From Malacoraja senta (Eukaryota), in contig JAXLNO010000326.1 in assembly GCA_038087875.1 (NCBI GenBank), forward strand, positions 62,001-126,000: 64,000 nt of DNA, given 5' to 3'. Below the pieces are notes generated by a model. It ran no database searches. It was given only the letters and a program-made list of their open reading frames with translations, and was not told where the DNA came from. The number at the start of each line of letters is the position of its first letter. The stretch's first letter is position 1. Shown here in pieces: positions 12,249-25,150 of this stretch. The position numbers and the translations under genes are program-made.

Positions 12249-13491
12249 ATATACACATACAGACCAATATACACACACACAGACTCATATACACACACAC
12301 AGACTCATATGTACACACACACACAGACTCATTCACACATACACACACAGACTCATTCACACACACACACTCACTCATATACACACACACAGACTCACTC
12401 ACACATACACACACACAGACACACACACACACAGACTCATATACACACACACACACAGACTCATACACACACACAGACATATACACACACACAGACTCAT
12501 ATACACACACACACATACTCATCCACACACACATACAGACTCATTCACACACACACACACTCATATACACACACAGACTCATTCACATACACACACAGAC
12601 ACAGACTCATCCACATATACACACACACAGACTCATTTACACACACAGACTCATATACACACACACACAGACTAATTCACACATACACACACAGACACAC
12701 ACACAGACTCATTCACACACGCACATAGACTCATACATACACACACACTCATACACATACACACACACACACACACAGACTCATTCACACTCACACAGAC
12801 TCATTCACACATACACACACACACTCATTCACACACGCACACACACTCATATACACATACAGACCCATATACACACACACAGACTCATATGTACACACAC
12901 AGACTCATTCACACATACACACACACAGACTCATATACACCCACACAGACTCATCCACACACACACAGACTCATATACACACACACAGACCCATATACAC
13001 ACACACACAGATTCATATGTACACACACACACACAGACTCATTCACACATACACACACACAGACACACACACACAGACTCATATACACACACACACAGAC
13101 TCATTTACACACACACAGACTCATATACACACACAGACTCATATACACACACACACACAGACTCATTTACACACACACAGACCCATATACACACACACAC
13201 AGACATATATATACACACACACACAGACTCATTCACACATACACACACAGACAGACTCATCCACATACACACACAGACTCATATACACACACACACAGAC
13301 TAATTCAAACATACACACACACAGACTCATTCACACACGCACATAGACTCATACATACACACACACACTCATACATATACACACACACACACAGACTCAT
13401 TCACACTCACACAGACTCATTCACACATACACACAGACTCATTCACACATACACACACACTCACTCATATACACACACACACAGACTCATT

Positions 13492-13523
<32 letters not shown>

Positions 13524-14256
13524 GACTCATATACACACACACAGACTCATACACACACAGACTCATACACACACATATTCACACACACACACACGCACTC
13601 ACATACACACGCATTCACACACACACACACACAGACTCATCCACATATACACACACACTCATATACACACACACAGACTCATACACACACACAGACTCAT
13701 ATACACACACACACTCATTCACACAGACACACGCACACAGACTCATTCACACACACACACATAGACTCATACATACACACACACACACTCATACACACAC
13801 AGACTCATTCACACTCACACAGACTCATTCACACACACACACACAGACTCATTCACACATACACATACACACTCATTCGCACATACACACACTCATTCAC
13901 ACATACAGACACACACACATTCATACACACACACACAGACTCATTAACACATACACACACAGACTCATTCACACATACACACACATTCACACACACACAC
14001 AGACTCATTCACACACACACACACACACACAGACTCATTCACACATACACACACAGACTCATTCACACACACAGACTCATTCACACATACACACAGACTC
14101 ATTCACACACACACAGACTCATTCACACATACACACACAGACTCATTCACATACACACACACTCATTCACACATACACACACACTCATTCACACATACAC
14201 ACACACACAGACTCATTCACACAGACTCATTCACACATACACACACACAGACTCAT

Positions 14257-14289
<33 letters not shown>

Positions 14290-14337
14290 TTCATACACAC
14301 ATACACACACACACAGACTCATTCACACACACACACC
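11005..14337. repeat. Compound (CA)n / CAGACTCAT(T/A) satellite inside the Helitron
   Basis: About 2.5 kb of directly visible CA-rich repeat, split by an insertion at 11338-12190. Confidence 0.95.
11338..12190 (-). mobile_element. Non-autonomous retroposon B (GC-rich, Rex-like hairpin tail plus (TTGAA)n)
   Basis: Interrupts the CA satellite. Same architecture as A and C. Tail ATTTCGTTTGGACC..GGTCCAAATGACAA..AATAAA..(TTGAA)n. Confidence 0.6.
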
Positions 14338-14463
14338 CAATACTAAAATGCCAAGTAACTTCAGAACATGTTGAATATACAGTGTGTAAAACAAATCTTT
14401 AAAGCCTGCTGTGGAGGCTGCTGCTGAAGCAAAATCATGCTTTAAATAACATCCAACAAACAC

Positions 14464-14600
14464 ACTCACCATAGACAGAGCAGAAACTCATGAATTATTC
14501 AACAGCGCCTGCACTCGGTGCCATCTTGACGTCACCCTCCCGCTGCTTGCCACAAACTGGAAATGACGCACTCAGCGCCAGCATGCCGCTAACCGGAAAT
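14464..14600 (-). promoter_or_regulatory. Putative Helitron Pol II promoter and first non-coding exon
   Basis: ETS-like CCGGAAAT (14593-14600), CRE TGACGTCA (14527-14534), YY1-like CAAGATGGC (14528-14520), and GTGAGT donor (14469-14464). Confidence 0.45.
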
Positions 14601-14629
14601 TACTTCATCGGCGCCAGGGGGGGGGAACA

Positions 14630-14835
14630 CCGAGCAAGCAAGCCGACAAAACACATCCGTTCGCTGAAAAGCACTTTAAAAAAACAGCCAGGCAATGGGT
14701 GGGGGAAAAAAAACCGAGCAAGCAAGCAAGCCGACAAAACACATCCGTTCGCTGAAAAGCACTTTAAAAAATCCAAGCAATTGGAGAAAAAACACTGAGC
14801 AAGCCGACAAAACACATCCGTTCGCTGAAAACCAC
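14630..14835. repeat. Three subterminal direct repeats (GAGCAAGCCGACAAAACACATCCGTTCGCTGAAAA) near the Helitron 5' end
   Basis: Copies visible at ~14636, ~14724 and ~14797. Confidence 0.85.
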
Positions 14836-15245
14836 ATCGAGGGGACTCACCGTGGAGTAGATTCGCAGCTCAGAGAGCCGTGACCCTCTGGCTTCCTGGG
14901 TCTGGCAGAGACTGAGTGAGGTACGACTCTTCCGGATTTTATAGTCCCTCCCCCCTGCCGCCAGCGGGGGCAGCAGAGAGAATGGTGAAATTTTTAAAAA
15001 CATTAATATCTCTCTGATTTTTCATCGATGGGAAAAATCCACTGGTCCAGGAAGACGGAGTGGGGCTCTGAGTGAGGTGGCAGCGTTCTCTCGGAAATCA
15101 CAGCAAAGTGAGCCAAAAGGGGTCCAGATCAGACTTTTAGTAATATAGATTCATCCGACCTTCTTTTACTCGTACATTTTAAACTTTGTCAAACTTCACC
15201 TTATCGCTTAGAAACGTTAGATAACTTCCCATGGTCAATATGTTA

Positions 15246-15957
15246 AGGGTCTGTCCCACTAACGCGACTTTGCAGCGACTGTCTTCGACCTTCAAGCTCG
15301 AGGGCACTCGCCTGAAAAACCTCGAGCTGGATCGACCGTCAGCGATGAAACCGCGAGCCGGATCGACCATCTGCACACACACACACACGTACAAACACAT
15401 CGCAAAGGTGGGGGCCAGGGAAAGCGGGGGAGCGCTGTCTGAAATTCACATCCGCTGGAACAGTTACGGTAAGTCCTTTAGAGAGTGGGGGGGGGGAGAG
15501 AAGGGGAGAAAAGGGTGGAGAAGGGGAGAGAAGGGGGGAGAATGGGCAGAAGAAGGAGTGAAGGCACTTTTAAGAAGTCAGACAACTTTTATTAAAGTTT
15601 ATCGGGCATTTAACATTACCGGTCGGTTTACTTACCTTTTTCTCTCAACGAGCTTTACCTTCGATCACCTTTGATTACCTTCGATTGCCTTTGATTACCT
15701 ACGATCGTATTACGACCTACTACGACTAAACCTATGATTTTTTTCCATGGCGACCGTTTTTTACTCGTGGGCATTTTTCAGCTTGCTGAAAAAAACGCCG
15801 CGACCTAGCTGAGGCCTCGAGTACGCGGGGACTTCTCTCGAGCATGAAGGAGAGTTACAAAGACCTCCTAGGACCTCGTGTCGACCATGCTGCGAGTATT
15901 AGTCGAGGGCAAACTCTTCTAAAGTCGCGAATTAGATCCCCGCAGTGAGAGGTCCCT
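15246..15957. mobile_element. PIF/Harbinger-type MITE
   Basis: Imperfect TIR (AGGGTCTGTCCCACT ... AGTGAGAGGTCCCT) with TTA TSD at 15243-15245 and 15958-15960. Confidence 0.65.
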
Positions 15958-16369
15958 TTATTCCTCTCGGCCATGGACCTCCGAACTAAACTAACTAAAA
16001 AACAGCTTCTGCGCAAGAAGCCCAGCAGCAAGCACGCCACCGACCACGTCATAAATCCCACCCACTTAATTACGGGCAGACTAAAATTTAAAGGCAAATG
16101 GCCACTACAGAATGGTTGGGGAAATTTGCGGATGGGGAATAGGTTATGTATTGGGATAAGGAGAGAAGGAAAGGGACTAAGAAGTATTGAAAGAGCTTGG
16201 AGAATTCTATCTAAACTAGCACACAGCAGTACAAGAACAGACCCTTCGGCCTATGCTGTCTGTGCCCAACATGATGCCAGGTTAAACTAATCTGCTCACG
16301 TGAAGTTTGCAGGATAATGTAGAACTAGTGTGAGTGGGTGATCGATCGTCTCCGTGGAGTCGATAAACT

Positions 16370-19040
16370 GAAGTATACGGAATAAAGTGGACGAGCTTGA
16401 AGCTCAGTTAGAAACTGGCAAGTATGATGTTGTGGGAATTACTGAGACATGGCCAGGGCTGGGAACTGAAGATTGAAGGGAATATTCAGAAATATTCAAC
16501 TCTGCCCACCTATCGAAAAGACAGACAGGTGGGCAGAGGGGGTGTGGTTTCCCTGTTGGTGAGGAATGGAAGGGGTGACATTGAAACAGGAGATGTGGCG
16601 TCAGTATGGATAGAACTAAGGAATTGTAAGGGTAAAAAGACCCTAATGGGACTAATCTACAGGCCCCCAAACAGTAGCCTGGACATAGGGCGCAAGTTAA
16701 AATTGGCATGTAGCAAAAGTAATGCTGTGGTTGTTATGGGAGATTTCAACATGCAGGTAGACTGGGAAAATCAGGTTGGTACTGGACCCCAAGAAAGGGA
16801 CTTTGTAGAGTGCCTTTGTGATGGATTCTTTGAACAGCTTGTATTGAAGCCTACCAGGGAGAATGCAATTCTGAATTTAGTGTTATGTAATGAACCGGAT
16901 TTGATAAAGGACCTCGAGGTTAATGAGCCATTAGGAGGCAGTGACCATAACATGGTCAGGTTTAATCTACAATTGGAGAGGGAGAAGAGTAGATCGGAGG
17001 TGTCAGTGTTGCAGTTGAATAAAGGGGAATATGGGGCCATGAGGGAGGAGCTGGCCAAAGTTGACTGGAAAGATACAGCAGCAGGGATGACAGTGAAACA
17101 AAAATGGCAGGTGTTTCTAGGAATAATACAGAAGGTGCAGGATCAGTTCATTCCCAGGAGGAAGAAAGATTCCAATGGGAGAAAGGGACGACCATGGCTG
17201 ACAAGGGACGTCAGGGACAGTAAAGCGAAGAAGTACAAAGATGAGCGGGTAGTAAGAGGATTGGGTAATGTTTAAAGATGAGGTACGAAGGTAAGCTAGC
17301 CAAGAATATAAAGCAGGATAGTAAAAGCTTCTTCAGGTATGTGAAGAGGAAAAAATTAGTTAAGACCAAAGTCCAAAGACCTAGGGAGGACACAAACAAT
17401 CTTCCTGATATAGTAGTGGCCAGAGGATCTGGGGTGACAGAGGAACTGAAGGAAATACACATTATGCAGGAAATGGTGATGGATAGACTGATGGGACTGA
17501 AGGCTGATAAATCCCCAGGGCCTGATGGTCTGCATCCCAGGGTACTTAAGGAAGTGGCTCTAGAATTCGTGGATGCATTGGTGATAATTTTCCAATGTTC
17601 TATAGACTCAGGATCAGTTCCTGTGGATTGGAGGGTAGCTAATGTTAACCCACTTTTTAAGAAAGGCGCGAGAGAGAAAACAGGGAATTATAGACCAGTT
17701 AGCCTCACATCGGTGGTGGGTAAGATGCTGGAGTCAATTATAAAAGATGAGATAGCCAAACATTTGGATAGCAGTAACAGGATCGGTCCGAGTCAGCATG
17801 GATTTACGAAGGGGAAATCATGCTTGACTGATCTTCTGGAATTTTTTGAAGATGTAACTATGAAAATGGACAAGGGAGTGCCAGTGGATGTAGTGTACCT
17901 GGACTTTCAGAAAACATTTGATAAGGTCCCACATAGGAGATTAGTGGGCAAAATTAGGGCACATGGTATTGGGGGTAGAGTGCTGACATGGATAGAGAAG
18001 TGGTTGGCAGACAGGAAACAAAGAGTAGGGATTAACGGGTCCCTTTCAGAATGGCAGGCAGTGACTAGTGGGGTACCGCAAGGCTCGGTGCTGGGACCGC
18101 AGCTATTTACAATATACAGTACATCTATGATTTGGATGAAGGGATTCAAAGTAACATTAGCAAATTTGCTGATGACACAAAGCTGGGTGGCAGTGTGAAC
18201 TGTGAGGAGGATGCTATGAGAATGCAGGGTGACTTGGACAGGTTGGGGGAGTGGGCGGATGCATGGCAGATCAAGTTTAATGCGGTTAAATGTGAGGTTA
18301 TCCACTTTGGTAGCAAAAACAGGAAGGCAGATTACTATCTAAATGGCGTCAAGTTGGGGAAAAGGGAACGTACAATGGGATCTGGGGGTCCTTGTACATC
18401 AGTCTATGAAAGTAAGCATGCAGGTACAGCAGGCAGTGAAGAAAGCGAAAGGCATGTTGGCCTTTATAACAAGAGGAATCGCATATAGGAACAAAGAGGT
18501 CCTTCTGCAGTTGTACAGAGCCCTAGTGAGACCACACCTGGAGTATTGTGTGCAGTTTTGGTCCCCTAATTTGACGAAGGACATTCTTGCTATTGAGGGT
18601 GTGCAGCGTAGATTTACAAGGTTAATTCCCGGGATGGCGGGAATGTCATATGCTGAGAAAATGGAGCAGCTGGGCTTGAACACTCTGGAGTTTAGAAGGA
18701 TGAGAGGTTATCTCATTGAAACATATAAGATTGTTAAGGGCTTGGACACGCTAGAGGCAGGAAACATGTTCCCGATTTTTGGGAGTCCAAAACCAGGGGC
18801 CACAGTTTAAGAATAAGGAGTAAACCATTTAGAACAGAGACGAGGAAACACTTTTTCTCACAGAGAGTGGTGAGTCTGTGGAATTCTCTGCCTCAGAGGT
18901 GGGTGGAGGCAGGTTCTCTGGATGCTTTCAAGAGAGAGCTAGATAGGACTTAAAAATAGCGGAGTGAGGGGATATGGGGGGAAGGCAGGAACGGGGTACT
19001 GATTGGCCTACTCCTGCACATTGTCTATTGTCTATTGAAT
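16370..19040 (+). mobile_element. CR1-clade LINE (APE endonuclease plus RT, degraded)
   Basis: IYRPP, MGDFN, GSDH, KSPGPDG, YLDFQKTFDKV, GVPQGSVLGP, KFADDTK and LVRPHLEYCVQFW motifs; (TCTATTG)n tail. Confidence 0.93.
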
Positions 19041-19498
19041 GGCCTGTTTCTATTGTGTATCTTTCCAATCAATATTTCCAGATTCCCTCTATATCCACGG
19101 CCCTATCTTAAAGCTCTTCAATGCCATTCTCTCACCAGCATCCACCACCATCCTTAACAGGGAGATGCCCTTCGGATTCTGCAAAGTTCTTCCGCTCTCA
19201 TCTTAAATCGGCCGTCTAATTCTTGGTTCCTTTCCCCTTTAAAAAATACTTTGGGCACAGAGGGAGGTGGATATATGGAATGAGTTGCCATTTGAGGTGC
19301 ATACAATAACATGATTTTAGTGATATTTGGGCAGGTACATGAGCAAGAAAGGTTTGGAGTGATAATGGGAAACATGGACAAATAGGGCTGGCTCAGATAG
19401 GGCAGGTTGGTCGACACGTCTGCGTCTGGCCAAAGCATCTTTGTCTGTGCGGTGTGACTTTGTCATTCTGCCAAGTAGGGAGAGAGAAATAATCTGAA

Positions 19499-20070
19499 GT
19501 CAAGACAAGTCAAGAGAGTTTATTGTCATGTGTCCCAGTTAGGACAATGAAATTCTTGCTTGCTGCAGCACAACAGAATATTGTAAGCAAAAATACAGAA
19601 CAGTTCAGTTCAATATACACATAAATAAACAGATAAAGTGCAATAGGCTGTTACAGTTCAGAGTCGGTTTGTTGGCGAGTTTAATAGCCTGATGGCTGTG
19701 GGGAAGGGGCTGTTCCTGAACGTGGATGTAACAGATTTCAGGCTCCTGTACCTTCTACCTGATGTCAACAGTGAGATGAGTGTGTGGCCAGGATGGTTTG
19801 GGTCCTTGATGATGCTGGCAGCCTTTTTGGGGCAGCGACGGCGATAGATCCCCTCGATGGTGGGGAGGTCAGAGCCGATGATGGACTGGGCAGTGGTCAC
19901 GACTTTCCGCATTCTTTTCCGCTCCTGGACGCGCAAGTTGCCGAACCAAGCCACGATGCAACCAGTCAGTATGCTCTCCACTGTGCACCTGTAGAAGTTC
20001 AAGTCCTCTTTGACATACCGACTCTCCGTAATCTTCTCAGGAAGTAGAGGCGCTGATGTGCTTTCTTTAT
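19499..20070 (-). mobile_element. Rex1/Babar-like LINE 3' fragment
   Basis: FYRCTVESILTGCIVAWFG...HPGH..LLTSGRRYRS..FRNS.FP.AIRLLN; (CTTGA)n tail. Confidence 0.8.
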
Positions 20071-20214
20071 TATAAGAAAGATGAAAACAAGCCATTTAAA
20101 TAAAATTGCATTTTATCATAAGGATTACAGGATGCAAGAGACATGTTTGTAGTAACAAAGCCAAATGGAAAATAATACGTGGCCATTTTGTACGTATATC
20201 AACAAAGGTAGATA

Positions 20215-21330
20215 GAGCATAGTAATCTACAGCACAGCAAAATTATTTGCGGTCCACAATGTCCATGCGGACCGATGCCAAATGAAACTCATCTCCACTT
20301 CGTCACACAATCCATATTTCTCCATTCCCTGCATATCCACCTGCATATCAAAAAGCTTCTTAAATGCCACTATGGTATATGCCCCAACCACCACACCTGG
20401 CAGCGTGTTCCAGGCACCCACCATCTTCTGCGTATAAAATACCTCACTCGCACATCTCCTTTGAATTCCACCCCTTTCAGCTTAAAGCTGTGCACCCCAG
20501 TGTTACATAGAAACATAGAAAATAGGTGCAGGAGGAGGCCATTCGGCCCTTCGAGCCAGCACCGCCATTCATTGCGATCATGGTTGATCGTCCCCAATCA
20601 ATAACCCGTGCCTGCCTTCTCCCATATCCCTTGATTCCACTAGCCCCTAGAGCTCTATCTAAGTCTCTTAAATCCATCCAGTGATTTGGCCTCCACTGGA
20701 TGGATTTGTGGCAGGGAATTCCACAAATTCACAAATTCTCACCTCAGTCTTAAATGGCCTCCCCTTTATTCTAAGACTGTGGCCCCTGGTTCTGGACTCG
20801 TCCAACATTGGGAAAAAATTTCCACCATCTAGCTTGTCCAGTCCTTTTATAATTTTATATGTTTCTATAAGATATCCCCTCATCCTTCTAAACTCCAGTG
20901 AATACAAGCCTAGTCTTTTCAATCTTTCCTCATATGACATATCCCAGGGATCAATCTTGTGAACCTACGCTGCACTGCCTCAATCATAAGAATGTCCTTC
21001 CTCAAATTAGGAGACCAAAACTGTACGCAATACTCCAGATGTGGTCTTACCAAAGCCCTATACAACTGCAGAAGAACCTCTCTACTCCAATACTGAAATC
21101 CTCTTGTTATGAAGGCCAACATTCCATTAGCTTTCTTCACTACCTGCATGCCAACTTTCAGTACAATGACACCTAGGTCTCGCTGTACCTCTCCCTGACC
21201 TAACCTAACCCCATTGAGATAATAATATGCCCCCTTGTTTTTGCCACAAAAGTGGATGTCACATTTATCTATATTATACTGCATCTGCCCACTCACTCAA
21301 ATTGTCTAGGTCCCCCTGCAACCTCCTAAG
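20215..21330 (-). mobile_element. CR1 LINE 3' fragments (a younger copy at ~20506-21330 abuts an older tail)
   Basis: LVRPHLEYCVQFWSP and LYSLEFRRMRG motifs on the minus strand; CR1-type 3' UTR. Confidence 0.85.
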
Positions 21331-21707
21331 CCACAGACCTCCAGCCAGAAGAACCCTCTGTCTTCTCAGTAAACCAGTTCTGAATGTATAGGACCATGTT
21401 GCTGTGAATCTTGTGCATTCTTATTATGATGTTATCAGAATACTGAAGGATCCTTTCATTGGTGAGTTGCGGCCTGTGGGGGGGACACAGTCCTTATTTA
21501 TACAAACTATTTCATTGCGGATGTTGGATGTTTTCTCTAAAACTGTATCGCTACATGCTGAGAAAACTATATTCAGCACTCTCTTCGTTCTACCTGCTGT
21601 ACTTGCACTTGGCTTGGTTGTATTTATGTATAGTAATACCTGATTAGATTGGATAGCGTGCAAACAAAATATTTTCACTGTTTCTCAGTACATGTGACAA
21701 TAATAAG

Positions 21708-22010
21708 TGTCAGCACAGTAGTACAGCTGGTAGAACCACTGCCTTACGGCGCCGGAGACTCTGGTTCGATTCTAATCACGGCCACTGTTTGCGTGGAGTT
21801 TGCACGTTTTTCTTATGACGGCGTGTGTTTCCTCCCACATCCCTAAGGCATACTGGCATGGACGTCAATTGCCCTCTGTAAATGTCCTCCTAATATGCAG
21901 AATGCAAGACAACATAAAACTAGTGTGAGCGGGTGATCAATTGATGATTGGCGTGGACTCGGTGGGGGGAAGGGCCTGTTTGCATGCTGTGCCTATGAAC
22001 TCTGAATGCT
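21708..22010 (+). mobile_element. tRNA-derived SINE (V-SINE/HE1-like)
   Basis: A-box-like TAGTACAGCTGGTAG, B-box GGTTCGATTC, V-like core GTGGAGTTTGCACGTT..GTGTTTCCTCCCACATCC, and a CR1-like tail. Confidence 0.7.
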
Positions 22011-22037
22011 AAACCTAAAGCTAAAGTGCAAGAATAA

Positions 22038-22489
22038 AGGGCCTGTCCCACGGGCAGGCGATTCCAGGCAGTAAGCGCGGCGTAGCAGGAAGTGGGGACC
22101 GCGCGGCTGCCGCGCGGGTGCCACCCTACGGCCTGTCCCACGAGCATGCGGCAAGCGCAACCTAACCGGAAGCGATTGCCACGCGGAGGCCGAGTGTGTA
22201 CCGTAAGGCCTGTCCCACGAGCATGCGAATGCATGTGGCGAGCGCGGCGTCGGGTGATGACCTCATCGCGCAACGCAACACGCTAGCCTACTCCGTCGAG
22301 ACGATGTGCGGAGTCAGCGGCGCGGGAGGCCGTTGCCGCACGGGATTTCTGGAGTGTCAGTTTTTCTGAGCCCCAACTACATATGGCTCCGGCGATCTGC
22401 GTGGGGCCGACCCCGCGGCCCCGCGTGGTCCCCACTTCCTGCTATGCCGCGCTTACCGCCTGGAATCACCTGCCCGTGGGACAGGCCCT
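22038..22489. mobile_element. PIF/Harbinger-type MITE with ~70-bp TIRs
   Basis: AGGGCCTGTCCCACGGGCAGG..AGGAAGTGGGGACC with its near-perfect inverse at the right end; TAA TSD at 22035-22037 and 22490-22492. Confidence 0.85.
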
Positions 22490-22873
22490 TAAGTCGAGTT
22501 TAATGTCGCAACGGTATATTCTGTAAAAGGTGTCGACATTGTGTCCATCCAGAATCAAGAAGAGAATGCACCCGTGGGATTGAACAGTGGGAGATGTGAG
22601 TTAGCACATTGTTTAGATGCCGCAAGGAATAAGTTACAGCAACAGCCTGGGGACCATTGTCAGGGCAAGCTGAGGATCGCAGCCGGGTCTCCCTCCGTGC
22701 AGGGTGCGAGTAGACAGCGGCGTGTGGCCTGACAGCAACCCGCTGATCGGAGCGCCTCATCTCCGTCATGTGGTCTGCCTTTTAGCAGAGTGGGATGTTG
22801 ACACTCCAAGTGCAGCTATCGGTGGAGGAAAACAGACAACCCTTGATAATTACATTAATTTTATTCATCACAG

Positions 22874-23044
22874 CTCCTCCAATGTCTTTGATGACAGAGC
22901 TCCTGGAAAGGTATGATGATTCGTAGCTGCTGGATTTGACAAATCATTATCGCCAGAGGCTGGGCGAGGCGATTCAAGAGGCAGTGGAAGAATGTCGTCT
23001 TCGTTCTAGCATATGAGAGATATTTCAGTGAGCAAGAGTACAAG
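22874..23044 (+). pseudogene. Decayed CARD-like exon of a plus-strand NLR paralog
   Basis: CAG acceptor and GTAGGG donor. Translates PPMSLMTELLERYDDS*LLDLTNHYRQRLGEAIQEAVEE/VVFVLAYERYFSEQEYK, collinear with exon 32375-32209. Contains a stop and a frameshift. Confidence 0.75.
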
Positions 23045-23589
23045 GTAGGGAGAGGAATGGATGAGTGGGTTACTTCAGCCGATACTCAAATGGTTTCATG
23101 TACAAATATTGGGGGCCGAAGGGTCCATTCTTGTGCTGTACTGCTTGTAATGATTCGAGTCGTAAGCACGTCAAGGTACAACACATGTTTATTAAATTCC
23201 ACTCACAGCATTCATCTGTATGGTGTTACAGTAAGCTAGCAGCTACTCAAATTACCAATAAACATAATATTCCATAGTATCCAAGCAAAGATACTATAAA
23301 CATAGTAAACACAAATTATTCCCCCGCAACGTTGATTACACTGCGAGAGGCATAACTGAAGTCGGGTCGGGTTTACTGAAATGGTGGAAGTTACTCTCTG
23401 TCGTATTATACGCCATTATATTCAGGATGTGGTGCAATACACTGACTCACCCCAAACAGTTTCAATGATTCACATCGCTAGCAAATTTTCAAAACACTCA
23501 CGGCACAATAGTTATATACGTATTTTACCTTTTGACATAATTAAAAGGTGATCAACTTCTCTTCGCAGTCTTACATCCTTGCTTTCCAC

Positions 23590-24390
23590 CAGGTAGACAA
23601 AAATGCTGGAGCAACTCAGCGGGTGAGGCAGCATCGATGGAGCAAAGGAAATAGGCGACGTTTTGGGTCGAGACCTTTCTTCAGACTGATGTGAGGGTGG
23701 GAGGGGGCGGGAAGAAGAAAAGAAATGTTGGAGACAGTGGGCTGAGGGAGAGCTGGGAAGGGGAGGAGAAAGCAGGGACTACCTGAAATTGGAAAAGTCA
23801 ATGTTCATACTGCTGGGGTGTAAACTGCCCAAGCGAAATATGAGATGCTGCTTCTCCAATTTACGGTGGGCCTCACTCTGGCCATGGAGGAGGCCCAGGA
23901 CAGAAAGATCGGATTGGGAATGGGAGGGGGAGTTGAAGTGCTGAGCCACCGGGAGATCAGGTTGGTTGTTGCGAACCGAGCGGAGGTGTTGGGCGAAGCG
24001 ATCGCCAAGCCTACGCTTGGTCTACCCGATGTAGAGCAGCTGACACCTACAGCAGCGGATGCAATAGATGAGGTTGGAGGAGGTGCAGGTGAACCTGGAA
24101 AGACCGCTTTGGTCCTTGGATGGAGTCGAGGGGGGAGGTAAAGCGACAAGTGTAGCATTTCCTACGGTTCACAAGGTAAAGTGCCAGGGGAGGGGGTGGT
24201 TTGGGTGGGAAGGGACGAGTCGACCAGGGAGTTACGGAGGGAGCGGTCTCTATGGAAAGCCGAAAGGGGAGGAAATGGGAAGATGTGGCCAGTGGTGGTA
24301 TCCCGTTGGAGGTGGCGAAAATGTCGGAGAATTATCTGTTGTATGTTATGACTGGTAGGGTGGAAGGTGAGGACAAGGGGGACTCTACCC
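23590..24390 (-). mobile_element. Penelope-like element 3' fragment (GIY-YIG endonuclease)
   Basis: CSRCQLLYIG.TKRRLGDRFAQHLRSV..VAQHFN motif plus the shared tail. Confidence 0.8.
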
Positions 24391-25150
24391 TACAATTGGG
24401 GCGGCCCGGGAAGCGTTGGGGTTTAAAGGGGAGGGCGGCCGTCCAAAGGGGAGGGCAGGGAATCGGCCAACAATATTCAGATCCCCAGGGTGGTGACGTT
24501 TACACCCCGAGATATTCTAGTTTCCACACTCAGTACGGATCTGTGTTCCTTCTGCCCGGTCAGACTGAACTTATTCCCCTCCAGCCTGAAACAAGTTGAG
24601 GAATAAAGATAAAATAAACAGATGAAACAACAGTGTCAATAACAGGGACTGGGGTTAATATTTCAACAACACTAACAGAACAAAATCACAGGAGAAGCCC
24701 GTGGATCCCCTCATATTTTATCACATTAAACATTAACACACTCACCTCTGCTTCAGTCTCGGGAAGGTCAGCATGAGGCAGCGGAGAGCGGGGACAGATA
24801 GGTCTGTGAGGGAGTTGTTTTTCAGGTTCAGCTCCGTCACCATGTGCTTTGTACTGAAAGCGGAGATGAGATCCTTGGCTCCAGAATCTGTGAGACCGAC
24901 ATTGTTCAGCCTGGAGATGAGAGAGAGTGAGGGTGAGGGACACAGAGACAGGAGACGTTGCAAATCCCCAATGTTTATCAGTGACACAATTACTGATCAT
25001 ATGAATGTTCAGTGTCAGACACCTAGTTAGGGTAAACACAATCTCTCACAGTCTGGGACTTACCCCAGTGTCTGTGTTTTAAAGTCCGGGTTCCTCAGAG
25101 CCGCAGACACCAGTTTCACTCCGGAATCTCCCAGGTCATTGTCTCCCAGA

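Larger units (their letters stand above)
4137..15149 (-). mobile_element. Helitron, formerly autonomous, ~11.0 kb, both termini present
   Basis: Minus-strand 5' end TCTATATTACTAAAAG at 15149 and 3' end CTAG at 4140-4137, inserted between A and T with no TSD. Encodes Rep-helicase fragments. Both ends are homologous to 28532-31184. Confidence 0.92.

Noticed and set aside
10965..13764. His/Thr-rich ORFs
   Set aside because: These are translations of the (CA)n satellite.
21708..21785. tRNA gene
   Set aside because: The A/B boxes run into a SINE core and tail, and no convincing cloverleaf acceptor stem is present.
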